DNA of 64,000 bases from Thiobacillus sp. (GTDB lineage Bacteria; Pseudomonadota; Gammaproteobacteria; Burkholderiales; Thiobacillaceae): assembly GCA_020724415.1 (NCBI GenBank), contig DYHB01000002.1, positions 726 through 64,725 of the forward strand, in the 5' to 3' direction. Position numbers and translations under genes: made by a program. Under the pieces are notes generated by a model. The model made no database searches and was not told the DNA's origin. It saw only the letters and a program-made list of their open reading frames with translations. Every line of letters begins with the position of its first letter. The stretch's first letter is position 1. This document shows, piece after piece, positions 19,225 to 27,990 of the stretch.

Positions 19225-20712
19225 ATGACCAAGCCGTATCTCGCCCTCGTTCCAGCTCTGTGGCTGGCTTGGCAAGCCGCCCCGGGCATTGCTGCCGAGC
19301 CCATGACTCCGTTGGTAGTGGCCAGCGTGGCAGAAGCCCCAAAGCCTGGGACCCAGCCGCTCCTCCCGCCCCCCCCCGATGTTCAGGCCACGCCGACTCT
19401 CGAACCTGTGGCGATACCCGTTGCCGAACCGCTTCCGCCGGGTGACATCTGGCAACGGATACGCGCCGGCCTGGCCCTGCCGGAAAGCGACCACCCCCTG
19501 ATCCGGGTGCATGAAGAATGGTATGCGCGCCACCCCCAGCATCTCCAGAAGACCCTGGAACGCAGTCGGCCCTATCTTTACCACATCGTGGAGCAGGTGG
19601 AAAAACGCGGCATGCCCCTGGAGATCGCCTTGCTTCCGGTCATCGAGTCCTCCTTCAATCCCCAGGCCGTGTCCCCCGCCCGGGCCGCCGGGATCTGGCA
19701 GTTCATGCCCGCCACCGGCAAGGTATATGGACTGAACCAGAACCACTGGTACGATGGACGCCGGGACATCGTCGCCGCCACCCGGGCTGCCCTGGATCAC
19801 CTCGAATATCTGCACAACATGTTCGGTGACTGGGAATTGGCCCTGGCCGCCTACAACTGTGGCGAAGGCTGTCTTTCCCGGGCCATCGCCAGGAATCGCG
19901 CCGCAAGACTGGCCACGGATTACGCGGCCCTGTCCCTGCCGACCGAAACCCGGCATTACGTACCCAAGCTGCGCGCGGTGAGCCACCTGGTATTGCAACC
20001 GGAGCGCTTTGGCCTGAGCATCGACTTCCTGCCGGATGAAGCCTATTTCCAGCAAGTCAAGCTGGCCCATCCCATGGAGGCCCGCTCAGTGGCACGCCTG
20101 GCGGGCATGGACCTGGAGGAATTCCTGACCCTGAACCCCGGATACCGCAGGAACGTGATCTATTCCGACTCCCTGAGCCGCATCCTCCTGCCTGTGGATC
20201 GGGTACAGCGCTTCAAGAACAATCTGGAGGAATCCGGCGTTGGTCACCTGCGCTTGAAGAAATATCAGGCCAGCAAGGGGGAATCCATCCGCACGATCGC
20301 CGAGAAATTCGACATCAGCCTGAAATGGCTCAAGGAACACAACCCCCTGGAGCTGAACGGCAAGGGTGCCCTCAAGACGGCAACCACCTTGCTGGTGCCC
20401 GTACCCTCTCAATCCATGGCCAGCCCCCAGGCAAATCAGCCCAAGGCAGACCACCCCAACGCCTCCGCGCCCCCCCTCAGGGTAGCCAGCACCGAGAGCA
20501 AACCATCCGCCCAGGGCACCGCCAAGGCCAAGGTGGCCAGCAAACCGGGTACGGAAACCCGCAAACGGCGCACTCATAAGGTCCGCCCGGGCGACACCCT
20601 GATCGCCCTGGCCAAACGCTATCGGGTCACGGTCGCGGACATCAAGGCCCTGAATGGCCGGCTCAACATCCTCCGGCCCGGCGATACCCTGTTCATTCCG
20701 AAAGCCGGCTGA
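19225..20712 (+). CDS. mltD: Membrane-bound lytic murein transglycosylase D (SLT domain plus two LysM repeats)
   Basis: It has the signal peptide MTKPYLALVPALWLAWQAAPGIAA and the SLT core LPVIESSFNPQAVSPARAAGIWQFMPATG...AYNCGEG. The two LysM repeats are YQASKGESIRTIAEKF and HKVRPGDTLIALAKRY. Confidence 0.9.
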   Translation: MTKPYLALVPALWLAWQAAPGIAAEPMTPLVVASVAEAPKPGTQPLLPPPPDVQATPTLEPVAIPVAEPLPPGDIWQRIRAGLALPESDHPLIRVHEEWYARHPQHLQKTLERSRPYLYHIVEQVEKRGMPLEIALLPVIESSFNPQAVSPARAAGIWQFMPATGKVYGLNQNHWYDGRRDIVAATRAALDHLEYLHNMFGDWELALAAYNCGEGCLSRAIARNRAARLATDYAALSLPTETRHYVPKLRAVSHLVLQPERFGLSIDFLPDEAYFQQVKLAHPMEARSVARLAGMDLEEFLTLNPGYRRNVIYSDSLSRILLPVDRVQRFKNNLEESGVGHLRLKKYQASKGESIRTIAEKFDISLKWLKEHNPLELNGKGALKTATTLLVPVPSQSMASPQANQPKADHPNASAPPLRVASTESKPSAQGTAKAKVASKPGTETRKRRTHKVRPGDTLIALAKRYRVTVADIKALNGRLNILRPGDTLFIPKAG

Positions 20713-20730
20713 CCGACTGGCAACGGAGCT

Positions 20731-22731
20731 TCAGACCAAGGGGAACAGACAGGCGGCCTGACGTCCCGGTGCCAGTTCCCTCAGCGCCGGCTGTTCCTCC
20801 AGACATTCGCGCCTCATCTGGGGACAACGCGGAGCAAAGGCGCAGCCCCCTCCTGGGGCAGCCGCCTGCCCTCCGGGTACAGACGCCGGTGTTTCAGGCA
20901 ACCCGCGACCGGGTACCGAGCCCAGCAGCAGCCGGGTGTAGGGATGTCCAGGCCGGGTCAGCAACTCGGCCGCCGGACCTGTCTCCACCAGGCGCCCCCG
21001 GTACATCACCGCCACCCGATGGGCCAGATACCCCACCACGGACAGGTTGTGGGTGATGAACAAATAGGCAAGGCCCTGCTGCCGTTGCAGGTCGGCCAGC
21101 AGATTGAGTATCTGTGCCTGCACGGACACGTCCAGGGCGCTGGTGGGCTCATCCAGCACCATCAGGGCCGGCCCTACCGCCAAGGCACGGGCAATGGCGA
21201 TACGCTGACGCTGGCCGCCGGAAAATTCATGGGGATAGCGGCCGACGACATCCTGGGGCAGGCCCACCTGCTCCAGCAGGCGCGCCAGCCCGGCGGCACG
21301 CTGCTGGCCCGAGAGCTCGGGGCGCAAGGCACGCATCCCTTCCTCCAGGATTTCTCCCACACGCATGCGAGGATTGAGGGATGAAAACGGATCCTGGAAC
21401 ACGATCTGCATGGCCGCCCGCTGGCGCCGCAGTGCTTCGCCTTCCAGCTGACGGATATCCCGGCCGAGCAGTTCCAGCCGACCCGAGGTGGGCTCCAGCA
21501 GCCGCAAGGCGGCCCTGGCCAGGGTGGTCTTGCCACAGCCCGACTCCCCCACCAGGGCGACGGTCTCACCCTGATGGACCTCCAGGTCAACACCGTCCAC
21601 GGCCTTGACCACATCGGTGGTACGTCGCAACAGACCGGTCCGGACCGGAAAATGGACAGCCAGGCCTTGCAGAGCCAGGACGGGACCGGTCGCTTTGGCT
21701 GCACCCTCCCCTGCCGATGGGCTCGCGCTCGTCTCCGATGGGGCAGGCGCCGCAACGGGGGCAGCCATGGGGTCGACGCCATCGGCCAGGTGGCAGCGCA
21801 CGCCATGATCAGGGGACAGTTGTCGCCACGCCGGTGTTTCTTGGCGGCAACGATCCATGACCCGGAGGCAACGACCGGAAAAACGACAGCCTTCCAGGCG
21901 CACCTCGGGTCCGGGCACATTGCCCGGGATCTGGGCCAGGCGCTGACCACGCCTGGATATGGCGGGCAGCACCTGGAACAGGCGCTGGGTGTAAGGATGA
22001 AAAGGACTCTGGTACAGGGTTTCCCGGCTGGCCCATTCCACGATCTGGCCCGCATACATCACGGCCACCCGGTCGGCCATATCCCGGGCCACATCCAGAT
22101 CATGGGTGATCAGGAGCAGTCCCATGCCGCGCTGCTGCTGCAACTGCTTCAGCAAGGCCAGGATCTGGGCCTGAACCGTCACATCCAGGGCCGTGGTGGG
22201 TTCATCGGCGATCAGAACCTCGGGATCGCCCGCCAGCATCATGGCGATCAGGGCCCGCTGGCGCTGCCCCCCAGACAGCTGGAAGGGATAGGCGGCGAGC
22301 CGCTCCGGGGGCAACCCCACGGCTGTCATCAGCTCCCGGGCCTGGTGCTTGATGCCCGGCTGCGAGGCGTCCCCATGGGCCGTCAGGGCCTCCTCGATCT
22401 GCTGACCGATGGTCAGCACCGGGTTCAGCGAGGTCATGGGCTCCTGGAAGATCATGGCCAATCTGCCGCCCCGCACCCGGCGCATCTCCCGCTCGGGCAG
22501 CGCCAGCATGTCGATCCCATCCAGTTCGGCCGTCCCCTGGGCTATGTCGGCGCCTTCGGGCAGCAATCGCATCAGGGCGAGAGCGGTCAGGCTCTTCCCG
22601 CATCCCGATTCCCCCAGCAAGGCCACGCACTCATTGGCGGCCACTTCGAAACCGACACCGTCCACGGGGACCAGCCGCCGCTCGCCGGATCGGATTTCCA
22701 CTTGCAGATCCCGGACCTTCAATCCCTTCAT
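20731..22731 (-). CDS. yejF: Fused double-ATPase subunit of a YejABEF-type peptide ABC transporter
   Basis: The ORF was trimmed to [13 protein letters not shown]. It has two Walker A sites (GESGCGKS twice), two LSGGQRQR signatures, and a Cys-rich oligopeptide-ABC C-terminal segment after each half. There is a 4-nt overlap with the upstream permease. Confidence 0.85.
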   Translation of the reverse strand: MKGLKVRDLQVEIRSGERRLVPVDGVGFEVAANECVALLGESGCGKSLTALALMRLLPEGADIAQGTAELDGIDMLALPEREMRRVRGGRLAMIFQEPMTSLNPVLTIGQQIEEALTAHGDASQPGIKHQARELMTAVGLPPERLAAYPFQLSGGQRQRALIAMMLAGDPEVLIADEPTTALDVTVQAQILALLKQLQQQRGMGLLLITHDLDVARDMADRVAVMYAGQIVEWASRETLYQSPFHPYTQRLFQVLPAISRRGQRLAQIPGNVPGPEVRLEGCRFSGRCLRVMDRCRQETPAWRQLSPDHGVRCHLADGVDPMAAPVAAPAPSETSASPSAGEGAAKATGPVLALQGLAVHFPVRTGLLRRTTDVVKAVDGVDLEVHQGETVALVGESGCGKTTLARAALRLLEPTSGRLELLGRDIRQLEGEALRRQRAAMQIVFQDPFSSLNPRMRVGEILEEGMRALRPELSGQQRAAGLARLLEQVGLPQDVVGRYPHEFSGGQRQRIAIARALAVGPALMVLDEPTSALDVSVQAQILNLLADLQRQQGLAYLFITHNLSVVGYLAHRVAVMYRGRLVETGPAAELLTRPGHPYTRLLLGSVPGRGLPETPASVPGGQAAAPGGGCAFAPRCPQMRRECLEEQPALRELAPGRQAACLFPLV

Positions 22732-24089
22732 GTGCGCTGCCTCGTTCTCGGGTCCAGGGCGTCCCGGATACTGTCCGCCAGCAGGTTGGCCGCCAGAACC
22801 AGGATGAACATGAACAGGAAGGCCGCCCCCAACTGCCACCACACCACGGGTTCCCGGGCCAGCTCCAGTCGGGCTCCGTTGATCATGTTGCCGAAGCTGT
22901 ACATGCCCGGATCCACCCCGACGCCCACATAGGACAACACCGCCTCGGCCAGCACCAGGCCGGAAAAGTCCATGACCACGGAAATGAGGATGATGTGCTG
23001 GATGTTGGGCAGGATGTGCCGGCCCAGGATCCGGCCATGGGAGACGCCAAAGGCCCGGGCCGCCATGACATAGTCCAGTTCCCGCACCTTGAGCACCTCG
23101 CCCCGGAGCAAGCGGGCCAGGCCGGTCCAACTGGTCACGCCCAGGATCAGGCAGAGGAAAAGCAAACGCATGTCGGCCCGTTCGGCCCCGGTCTCGAACC
23201 AGTCCGGATGGGCCTCCATCTGGGCCTGGAGGATGAGCACCGCAGCGGCAATCAGCAATACGCCGGGGATGGCATTCAGGGTGGTGTAGAGATACTGCAC
23301 GGCGTCATCCACCCGGCCACCGAAATAGCCCGCCGCGACTCCCAGGCCCACCGAGAAGGGCAAGGTCACCAGTGTGGTCAGGGCCCCGATCAGGAAACCG
23401 GTACGGACGCTCTTGAGGGAAGCATAGAGCACATCCTGGCCCACCTTGTCGGTGCCCAGCACATGGTAATGGGGCGCCAGGGCCACCAGGGCGCCCACCA
23501 CCAGCATCAGGGCCAGCAGGGTGACATCCATGGCGCGCCAGGGCAACTGCGGGTGGCGGCGGCGGCGCGGGCCACGCCTCAAGCCCAGCCAGGCGAGCCA
23601 GATGACCAGGCCTCCCCCCAGCCCGGCCGCCAATCTGGCGAGGATATCTGCGGCGCGATCGCGTACCGGGTCGGCAAGATGGGCACCACCATGGATCAGG
23701 CGGGGAAAATCCCGGATGGTTTGGCCATCTGGACCGGTCAAGGTCTCCCGGGCAAAGGCATGGGTGGCAAAAGGCGCCGAGTAACTCTTCTCCTGACGTT
23801 CCACCAGGGGTGCCAGCAGCCGGTCGAGGACGCTTTTGACCTCCGGCGCGTAGTGCACTTCCCCCTGGGGCCCGGGCGGCAGCGCCTCCCGGTAATGCAG
23901 GGAATCCAGCAGGGCAATGGCGGTATAGGCTGCCAGCACCAGGGCGGCGGCCATGGCCATGGGGTCCCGGGCCACCCGACCCCAGGGCGCCCGCAGATGG
24001 GGTTGGCGCCGGATGAGCAGCACGGCCCCCACCAAGGCGGCCATGAGAAGCCAGACCAGGAGATCGGTCCAGAGCACCACGGGCATCAT
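22728..24089 (-). CDS. yejE: ABC transporter permease (YejE-type, BPD inner-membrane component)
   Basis: It is a multi-TM protein with the EAA-like loop ELDYVMAARAFGVSHGRILGRHILPN. Both of its ends overlap the neighbouring transporter genes. Confidence 0.8.
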   Translation of the reverse strand: MMPVVLWTDLLVWLLMAALVGAVLLIRRQPHLRAPWGRVARDPMAMAAALVLAAYTAIALLDSLHYREALPPGPQGEVHYAPEVKSVLDRLLAPLVERQEKSYSAPFATHAFARETLTGPDGQTIRDFPRLIHGGAHLADPVRDRAADILARLAAGLGGGLVIWLAWLGLRRGPRRRRHPQLPWRAMDVTLLALMLVVGALVALAPHYHVLGTDKVGQDVLYASLKSVRTGFLIGALTTLVTLPFSVGLGVAAGYFGGRVDDAVQYLYTTLNAIPGVLLIAAAVLILQAQMEAHPDWFETGAERADMRLLFLCLILGVTSWTGLARLLRGEVLKVRELDYVMAARAFGVSHGRILGRHILPNIQHIILISVVMDFSGLVLAEAVLSYVGVGVDPGMYSFGNMINGARLELAREPVVWWQLGAAFLFMFILVLAANLLADSIRDALDPRTRQRT

Positions 24090-25063
24090 TTCAGCCTCAC
24101 CCTAGGATCCACCAGGGTATAGGACAGATCGGTCAGGATCAGCCCCAGGATGTACAGTACCGCCCCCAGGAAGACCATGGCCCGGACGATGGCGAAATCC
24201 TGGGCATTGATGGCATCGATGGTATAGCTGCCCAGGCCCGGGATGCCGAAGAAGGATTCCAGGATCAGGCTGCCCATGAACAGCAGGGGAAAGACCGCCA
24301 CGGCTCCGGTCAGGATGGGCACCATGCCATTCTTGAGGATATGCCGGAACAGCACCCTGGCCTCGCTCAGGCCCTTGGCCCGGGCAGTACGGACGTAATC
24401 CTTGCCGGCTTCCTCCAGGAACAGGGTGCGATACCAGCGGGCCCCGGCCCCCAGCCCGCCCACCACACCCACCAGGACCGGCAGCCAGACGAAGCGGGCC
24501 GCATTGAAGCCATCCTGATAGCCGGAAATGGGCGCCAGGGCCCAAACCTTGGCGAACAGGTATTGCCCGGCAATGATGTAGAACAACCCCGAGATGGACA
24601 TCATGGCCACCGCCAGCACCACCCCGGTCCATTCCACATAGCTATGGCGGAAAAACACCAGGATCAAGGCCACGCTGATGTTGACCAGGAGGCCGATGAC
24701 AAAGGTCGGCAGGGCGATGGCCAGACTGGGCCACATGCGGGTACGGATCTCGTTGCCGATGTCCCGGCCGTCATCGGCCTGACCGAACTCGAAGGCGAAC
24801 ATGGCCAGGGATTTCTCGAAAAAGATGGTGTCGGTCAGCACGCCGCTCCCGGACGCCTGGACATTGAGGAAGAGGGGCTTGTCGTAACCCCGGGCGGCCT
24901 TCCAGTTCTCGATGGCTTCGGGCGTCACCCGCTTCACGCCCAGGTGTAGGCGGGCCATGTCATCCGGGGTGTTCACCATGAAGAACAAGGCGAAGGTCAG
25001 CAGGTTCACCCCCAGCAGTATGGGCAAGGCATAGGCCAGGCGGCGCAGCAGGTACGCGCTCAT
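24086..25063 (-). CDS. yejB: ABC transporter permease (YejB-type)
   Basis: The N-terminus is MSAYLLRRLAYALPILLGVNLLTFALFF, typical of DppB/OppB-like permeases. The EAA loop is DYVRTARAKGLSEARVLFRHILKN. Confidence 0.85.
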   Translation of the reverse strand: MSAYLLRRLAYALPILLGVNLLTFALFFMVNTPDDMARLHLGVKRVTPEAIENWKAARGYDKPLFLNVQASGSGVLTDTIFFEKSLAMFAFEFGQADDGRDIGNEIRTRMWPSLAIALPTFVIGLLVNISVALILVFFRHSYVEWTGVVLAVAMMSISGLFYIIAGQYLFAKVWALAPISGYQDGFNAARFVWLPVLVGVVGGLGAGARWYRTLFLEEAGKDYVRTARAKGLSEARVLFRHILKNGMVPILTGAVAVFPLLFMGSLILESFFGIPGLGSYTIDAINAQDFAIVRAMVFLGAVLYILGLILTDLSYTLVDPRVRLK

Positions 25064-27219
25064 GGCTCAGTCCTCCCGGAGCGCCCCGGCGCCTGCTGCC
25101 GGCGCTGGTAGGCGCGCCAGGCCGGATACAAGCCCAGCACCAGCACACCGGCCAGCAGGGCAGGTCCCAGCCAATGGGGCCGGTTCCATTCCTGGCGCGC
25201 CACGCTTCGGGACCCAGGTTCCACACGCCGGTACTTGAGCTCGTTGTTGGCCATGAGGTTGGGCTTCACGTTATGGAGCCAGCCATGATGCAGGGCGTAG
25301 TTCTTGGGGTAAAAGCCAAAAATCCAGGGGGCGTCCTCCCTCAGGATATCCACCATGCGATCGATGATCGCCTGGCGCGCCGGGCCATTGTCCATGTCCT
25401 TCATTTGCACGAAGAGGCGATCGAACTCCGGATTCTGGTAATTGGCGGCATTTTCGCCCCCGCTGCCCACTTTCTTGTGGGGCCCGTAGAGCAGGAACAT
25501 GAAATTCTCAGGATCCGGATAGTCGGCATTCCAGCCCCATTCGAAGATCTGGGCAGTCCCCTCCCGCATCTTGTCCTGGAAGCGGTTGTAGTCGGTCCCC
25601 CGGATCACCAGCTCGATGTCGATCTTGCGGAACTGCTTGCGCAACCAATCCAGCCGGGCCTTGTCGTCCGGACCCCGGGCGGGGGTGTCGAAGTTGAGCA
25701 CCAGAGGGCGCCCGGTGACGGCATCGCGCCCCCCGGGATAGCCCGCCTCGGCCAGCAGGCGCTTGGCCTCGGTGAGGGATTTTCGGACCGGCTGGCCATC
25801 CACCCAGTCATAGACCCGGGCATTCATCCCCTCCCGCCCGTCCCGATAGCCGAACAGCCCGGGCGGGAGGGGGCCCTGGGCCGGGATGCCACGGCCATTC
25901 CTGAAGATGGCCACGAATTCCTCGTTATCCATGGCGATGGCAATGGCCTGGCGCAACTTGCGCCGTTTCTCGTCCAGACCGCCCACCACCGGGTCCAGCA
26001 TGTTGAATCCGGTGTAGAACAGGCTGGCTGATACGGACGTCTTGAGCTCAATGCCCCGGGCCGCCATTTCCGGGCTCACGTCCACTTCCCCGCCCGCCCC
26101 GGCCTGCACCGCCTGGTCGAAATTGTCAGAACTGATGCCCGAGGCATCGTAGTAACCCTGGATGAACTTGTTCCAGTAGGGAATGGTTTCCGTCTCCAGG
26201 CTGTATACCGCCTCATCCACGAAGGGCATGGTGCGGCCCGCATCCGCCAGAAGGCCGGCCTCGGCATCCCCGGGCGCCCCCTCGGCGGGGTAAGGCTCAC
26301 CCCGGAAATGGGGGTTGCGGGTCAGACGCATCTGCCGGTGGGGCTGATTGACCGTCATCATGTAGGGCCCGGTGCCCACCGGCCACCAATCCAGCACCAG
26401 GTTCTTCTCCGCCATGCCCGGCTGGCTGTAGAAGGCATCCACTTCCCAGGGCACCGGAGCAAAAAAGGGCATGGCCAGCCAGTAGATGAACTGGGGGTAT
26501 TTGCCCTTGATCAGGATGCGGTAGGTGTAGCGGTCCACCACCTGAACCCCCGCCAGTGGCTGGTTGCGCAAGTCCAGCCAGCCCCCCTTGCCATGCCTGG
26601 CTTCGGCCTCCAGGGTCTTGGCCAGGTCACCCAAGCCCACGATATGCCCGGCCATCAGACCCAGAATGGGGGAATGCAGTCCCGGATGGGCCAGTCGCTT
26701 GATCTGGTAGACATAGTCCTCGGCCGTCAGCTCCCGGGTCCCCGGTTCCGGAAAGTCCGGAATGGCCGTCACCTCGTCCAGCAGAGCCGTCGGGATGGGA
26801 AGGTAGCGGGGCTTGCCGGCCCCATCCAGGCTGAAGGCAGGGTGGGGCTGGTATCGGATGCCGGGCCGGATGCGGATTTCGTACACGCTGACGGCAATGG
26901 CAGCCGCCGGCGCATCCTCCGGCAAGGAGCGCCCCTGGGCATCCTCGTAGCGCGGCCGGGGCACGGCTTCCGCCGTCAGGGGAATCAGCTCATAGGGTCG
27001 CTTGAGGTAGTGATATTGCAGGGGGGGTTCATAAATCTGGCCGGTAAAGGCCACCTCATTGGAACTGTAGGAACGCGCCGGATCGAGATGTTTGGGCCGC
27101 TCCGAGAAGGCGGAATACAAGATGCCAAGCCCCGCCTCTTCGGTCGGATAGGGGTTGTTCACAGCCTGCTGGCAGGCCGCAAGGGGGATCAGGGAAAGAA
27201 GCAGGATGAGGCGTCGCAC
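25060..27219 (-). CDS. yejA: Extracellular solute-binding protein, family 5 (YejA-type), predicted lipoprotein, GTG start
   Basis: The supplied 786-aa ORF overlaps hns and was trimmed to the GTG at 27219. This gives (M)RRLILLLSLIPLAAC, with lipobox LAAC. The body is a large family-5 substrate-binding protein (WWPVGTGPYMM...). Confidence 0.75.
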   Translation of the reverse strand: MRRLILLLSLIPLAACQQAVNNPYPTEEAGLGILYSAFSERPKHLDPARSYSSNEVAFTGQIYEPPLQYHYLKRPYELIPLTAEAVPRPRYEDAQGRSLPEDAPAAAIAVSVYEIRIRPGIRYQPHPAFSLDGAGKPRYLPIPTALLDEVTAIPDFPEPGTRELTAEDYVYQIKRLAHPGLHSPILGLMAGHIVGLGDLAKTLEAEARHGKGGWLDLRNQPLAGVQVVDRYTYRILIKGKYPQFIYWLAMPFFAPVPWEVDAFYSQPGMAEKNLVLDWWPVGTGPYMMTVNQPHRQMRLTRNPHFRGEPYPAEGAPGDAEAGLLADAGRTMPFVDEAVYSLETETIPYWNKFIQGYYDASGISSDNFDQAVQAGAGGEVDVSPEMAARGIELKTSVSASLFYTGFNMLDPVVGGLDEKRRKLRQAIAIAMDNEEFVAIFRNGRGIPAQGPLPPGLFGYRDGREGMNARVYDWVDGQPVRKSLTEAKRLLAEAGYPGGRDAVTGRPLVLNFDTPARGPDDKARLDWLRKQFRKIDIELVIRGTDYNRFQDKMREGTAQIFEWGWNADYPDPENFMFLLYGPHKKVGSGGENAANYQNPEFDRLFVQMKDMDNGPARQAIIDRMVDILREDAPWIFGFYPKNYALHHGWLHNVKPNLMANNELKYRRVEPGSRSVARQEWNRPHWLGPALLAGVLVLGLYPAWRAYQRRQQAPGRSGRTEP

Positions 27220-27260
27220 GGCCAGAAGTGTAACCGCTACCGGGCCTTGGCGCAGGTCCC

Positions 27261-27290
27261 AAAAAACAAGGCCTCCTGAACGGAGGCCTT
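27261..27290 (-). terminator. Rho-independent terminator of hns
   Basis: The - strand reads AAGGCCTCC-gttc-GGAGGCCTTGTTTTTT, starting 20 nt after the hns stop. Confidence 0.85.
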
Positions 27291-27310
27291 GCCCTGGGAC
27301 CCTGGATTGT

Positions 27311-27634
27311 TCAGAGGGCGAGTTCTTCCAGGGACTTGCCGGAATCCAGCCATTCATGCACCCAGCGGGGGCGCTTGCCCTTGCCGGTCCAGGTCTGGCT
27401 GCGATCTGCCGGGTTGGCATACTTGGCCACGCCCTTGGCTTTCTTGGCGCGGCCCTTGGCGGACCCCATCAGTTCCTCGAGGCTCATGCCCAGGGATTTG
27501 GCCTTTTCACGGAATTCATCCAGCAGCTTTTGGCGTTCTCCGTGCTGGCGCAATTCCAGCTCTACCGCGATCTCTTTCTTGAGGTCATTCAATTCAGAAA
27601 TAGACAGGGTGCTCAAATCCACTTTCATGCTCAT
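27311..27634 (-). CDS. hns: H-NS family nucleoid-associated (histone-like) protein
   Basis: This 107-aa protein has the N-terminal coiled coil LSISELNDLKKEIAVELELRQ. The C-terminal DNA-binding motif is RSQTWTGKGKRPRWVHEWL (TWTGxGxxPxW). Confidence 0.9.
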   Translation of the reverse strand: MSMKVDLSTLSISELNDLKKEIAVELELRQHGERQKLLDEFREKAKSLGMSLEELMGSAKGRAKKAKGVAKYANPADRSQTWTGKGKRPRWVHEWLDSGKSLEELAL

Positions 27635-27756
27635 CCTTTCAATCCGTGCTGGGTATCTGTTATCGGCATGGCCTGATTCTCACCGGATTTTATTTTTTTT
27701 GCAATACAAGTCATGCCGGTGACCATATATGATCGCCGCCATTCCAAAATCAGGCC

Positions 27757-27845
27757 AATTGGAACGGGTAATGGCAACACGCTTTTTGCCACCCCATTGG
27801 CCACACCCATTGGCCGACAAATTGGCCCCGTCATTGGCAACACGC
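27757..27845. repeat. Degenerate tandem array of ATTGGC(C) motifs with 12-13 bp phasing
   Basis: ATTGGC starts at 27796, 27809, 27821 and 27833, and there is a CCAATTGG palindrome at 27755-27762. The array is bracketed by aTGGCAACACGC (27771-27782) and tTGGCAACACGC (27834-27845). Confidence 0.7.
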
Positions 27846-27942
27846 ATCCCGGCCGTCAGAGTGTGTCTGAATTACACCTGCCCCACCGCCTGCACCTTTC
27901 AAATTGTTTCTACTACAGGCGCGAAAATACTATTCGCACCCG

Positions 27943-27967
27943 AAAAAAATGCCCGGCATTGCCGGGC
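27943..27967 (-). terminator. Rho-independent terminator of the PIN-PhoH2 gene
   Basis: The - strand reads GCCCGGC-aat-GCCGGGCATTTTTTT, starting 24 nt after the stop at 27991. Confidence 0.85.
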
Positions 27968-27990
27968 AGATGCAATCGCGCCCGACTTGG

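Noticed and set aside
22732-23130. N-terminal extensions in the ORF track. Examples are yejF +133 aa, yejA +67 aa overlapping hns, PhoH2 +54 aa, flgH +53 aa, purA +37 aa, capD +40 aa and rnr +21 aa.
   Set aside because: The extensions overlap upstream genes or are compositionally aberrant. Canonical N-termini, signal peptides or Shine-Dalgarno sequences occur at the internal starts I used.
27771-27791. A sigma54-like TGGCAA...TTTGCC element upstream of hns.
   Set aside because: The GG-to-GC spacing is 13 nt on either strand instead of the required 10. No downstream gene is correctly oriented for the + strand version.
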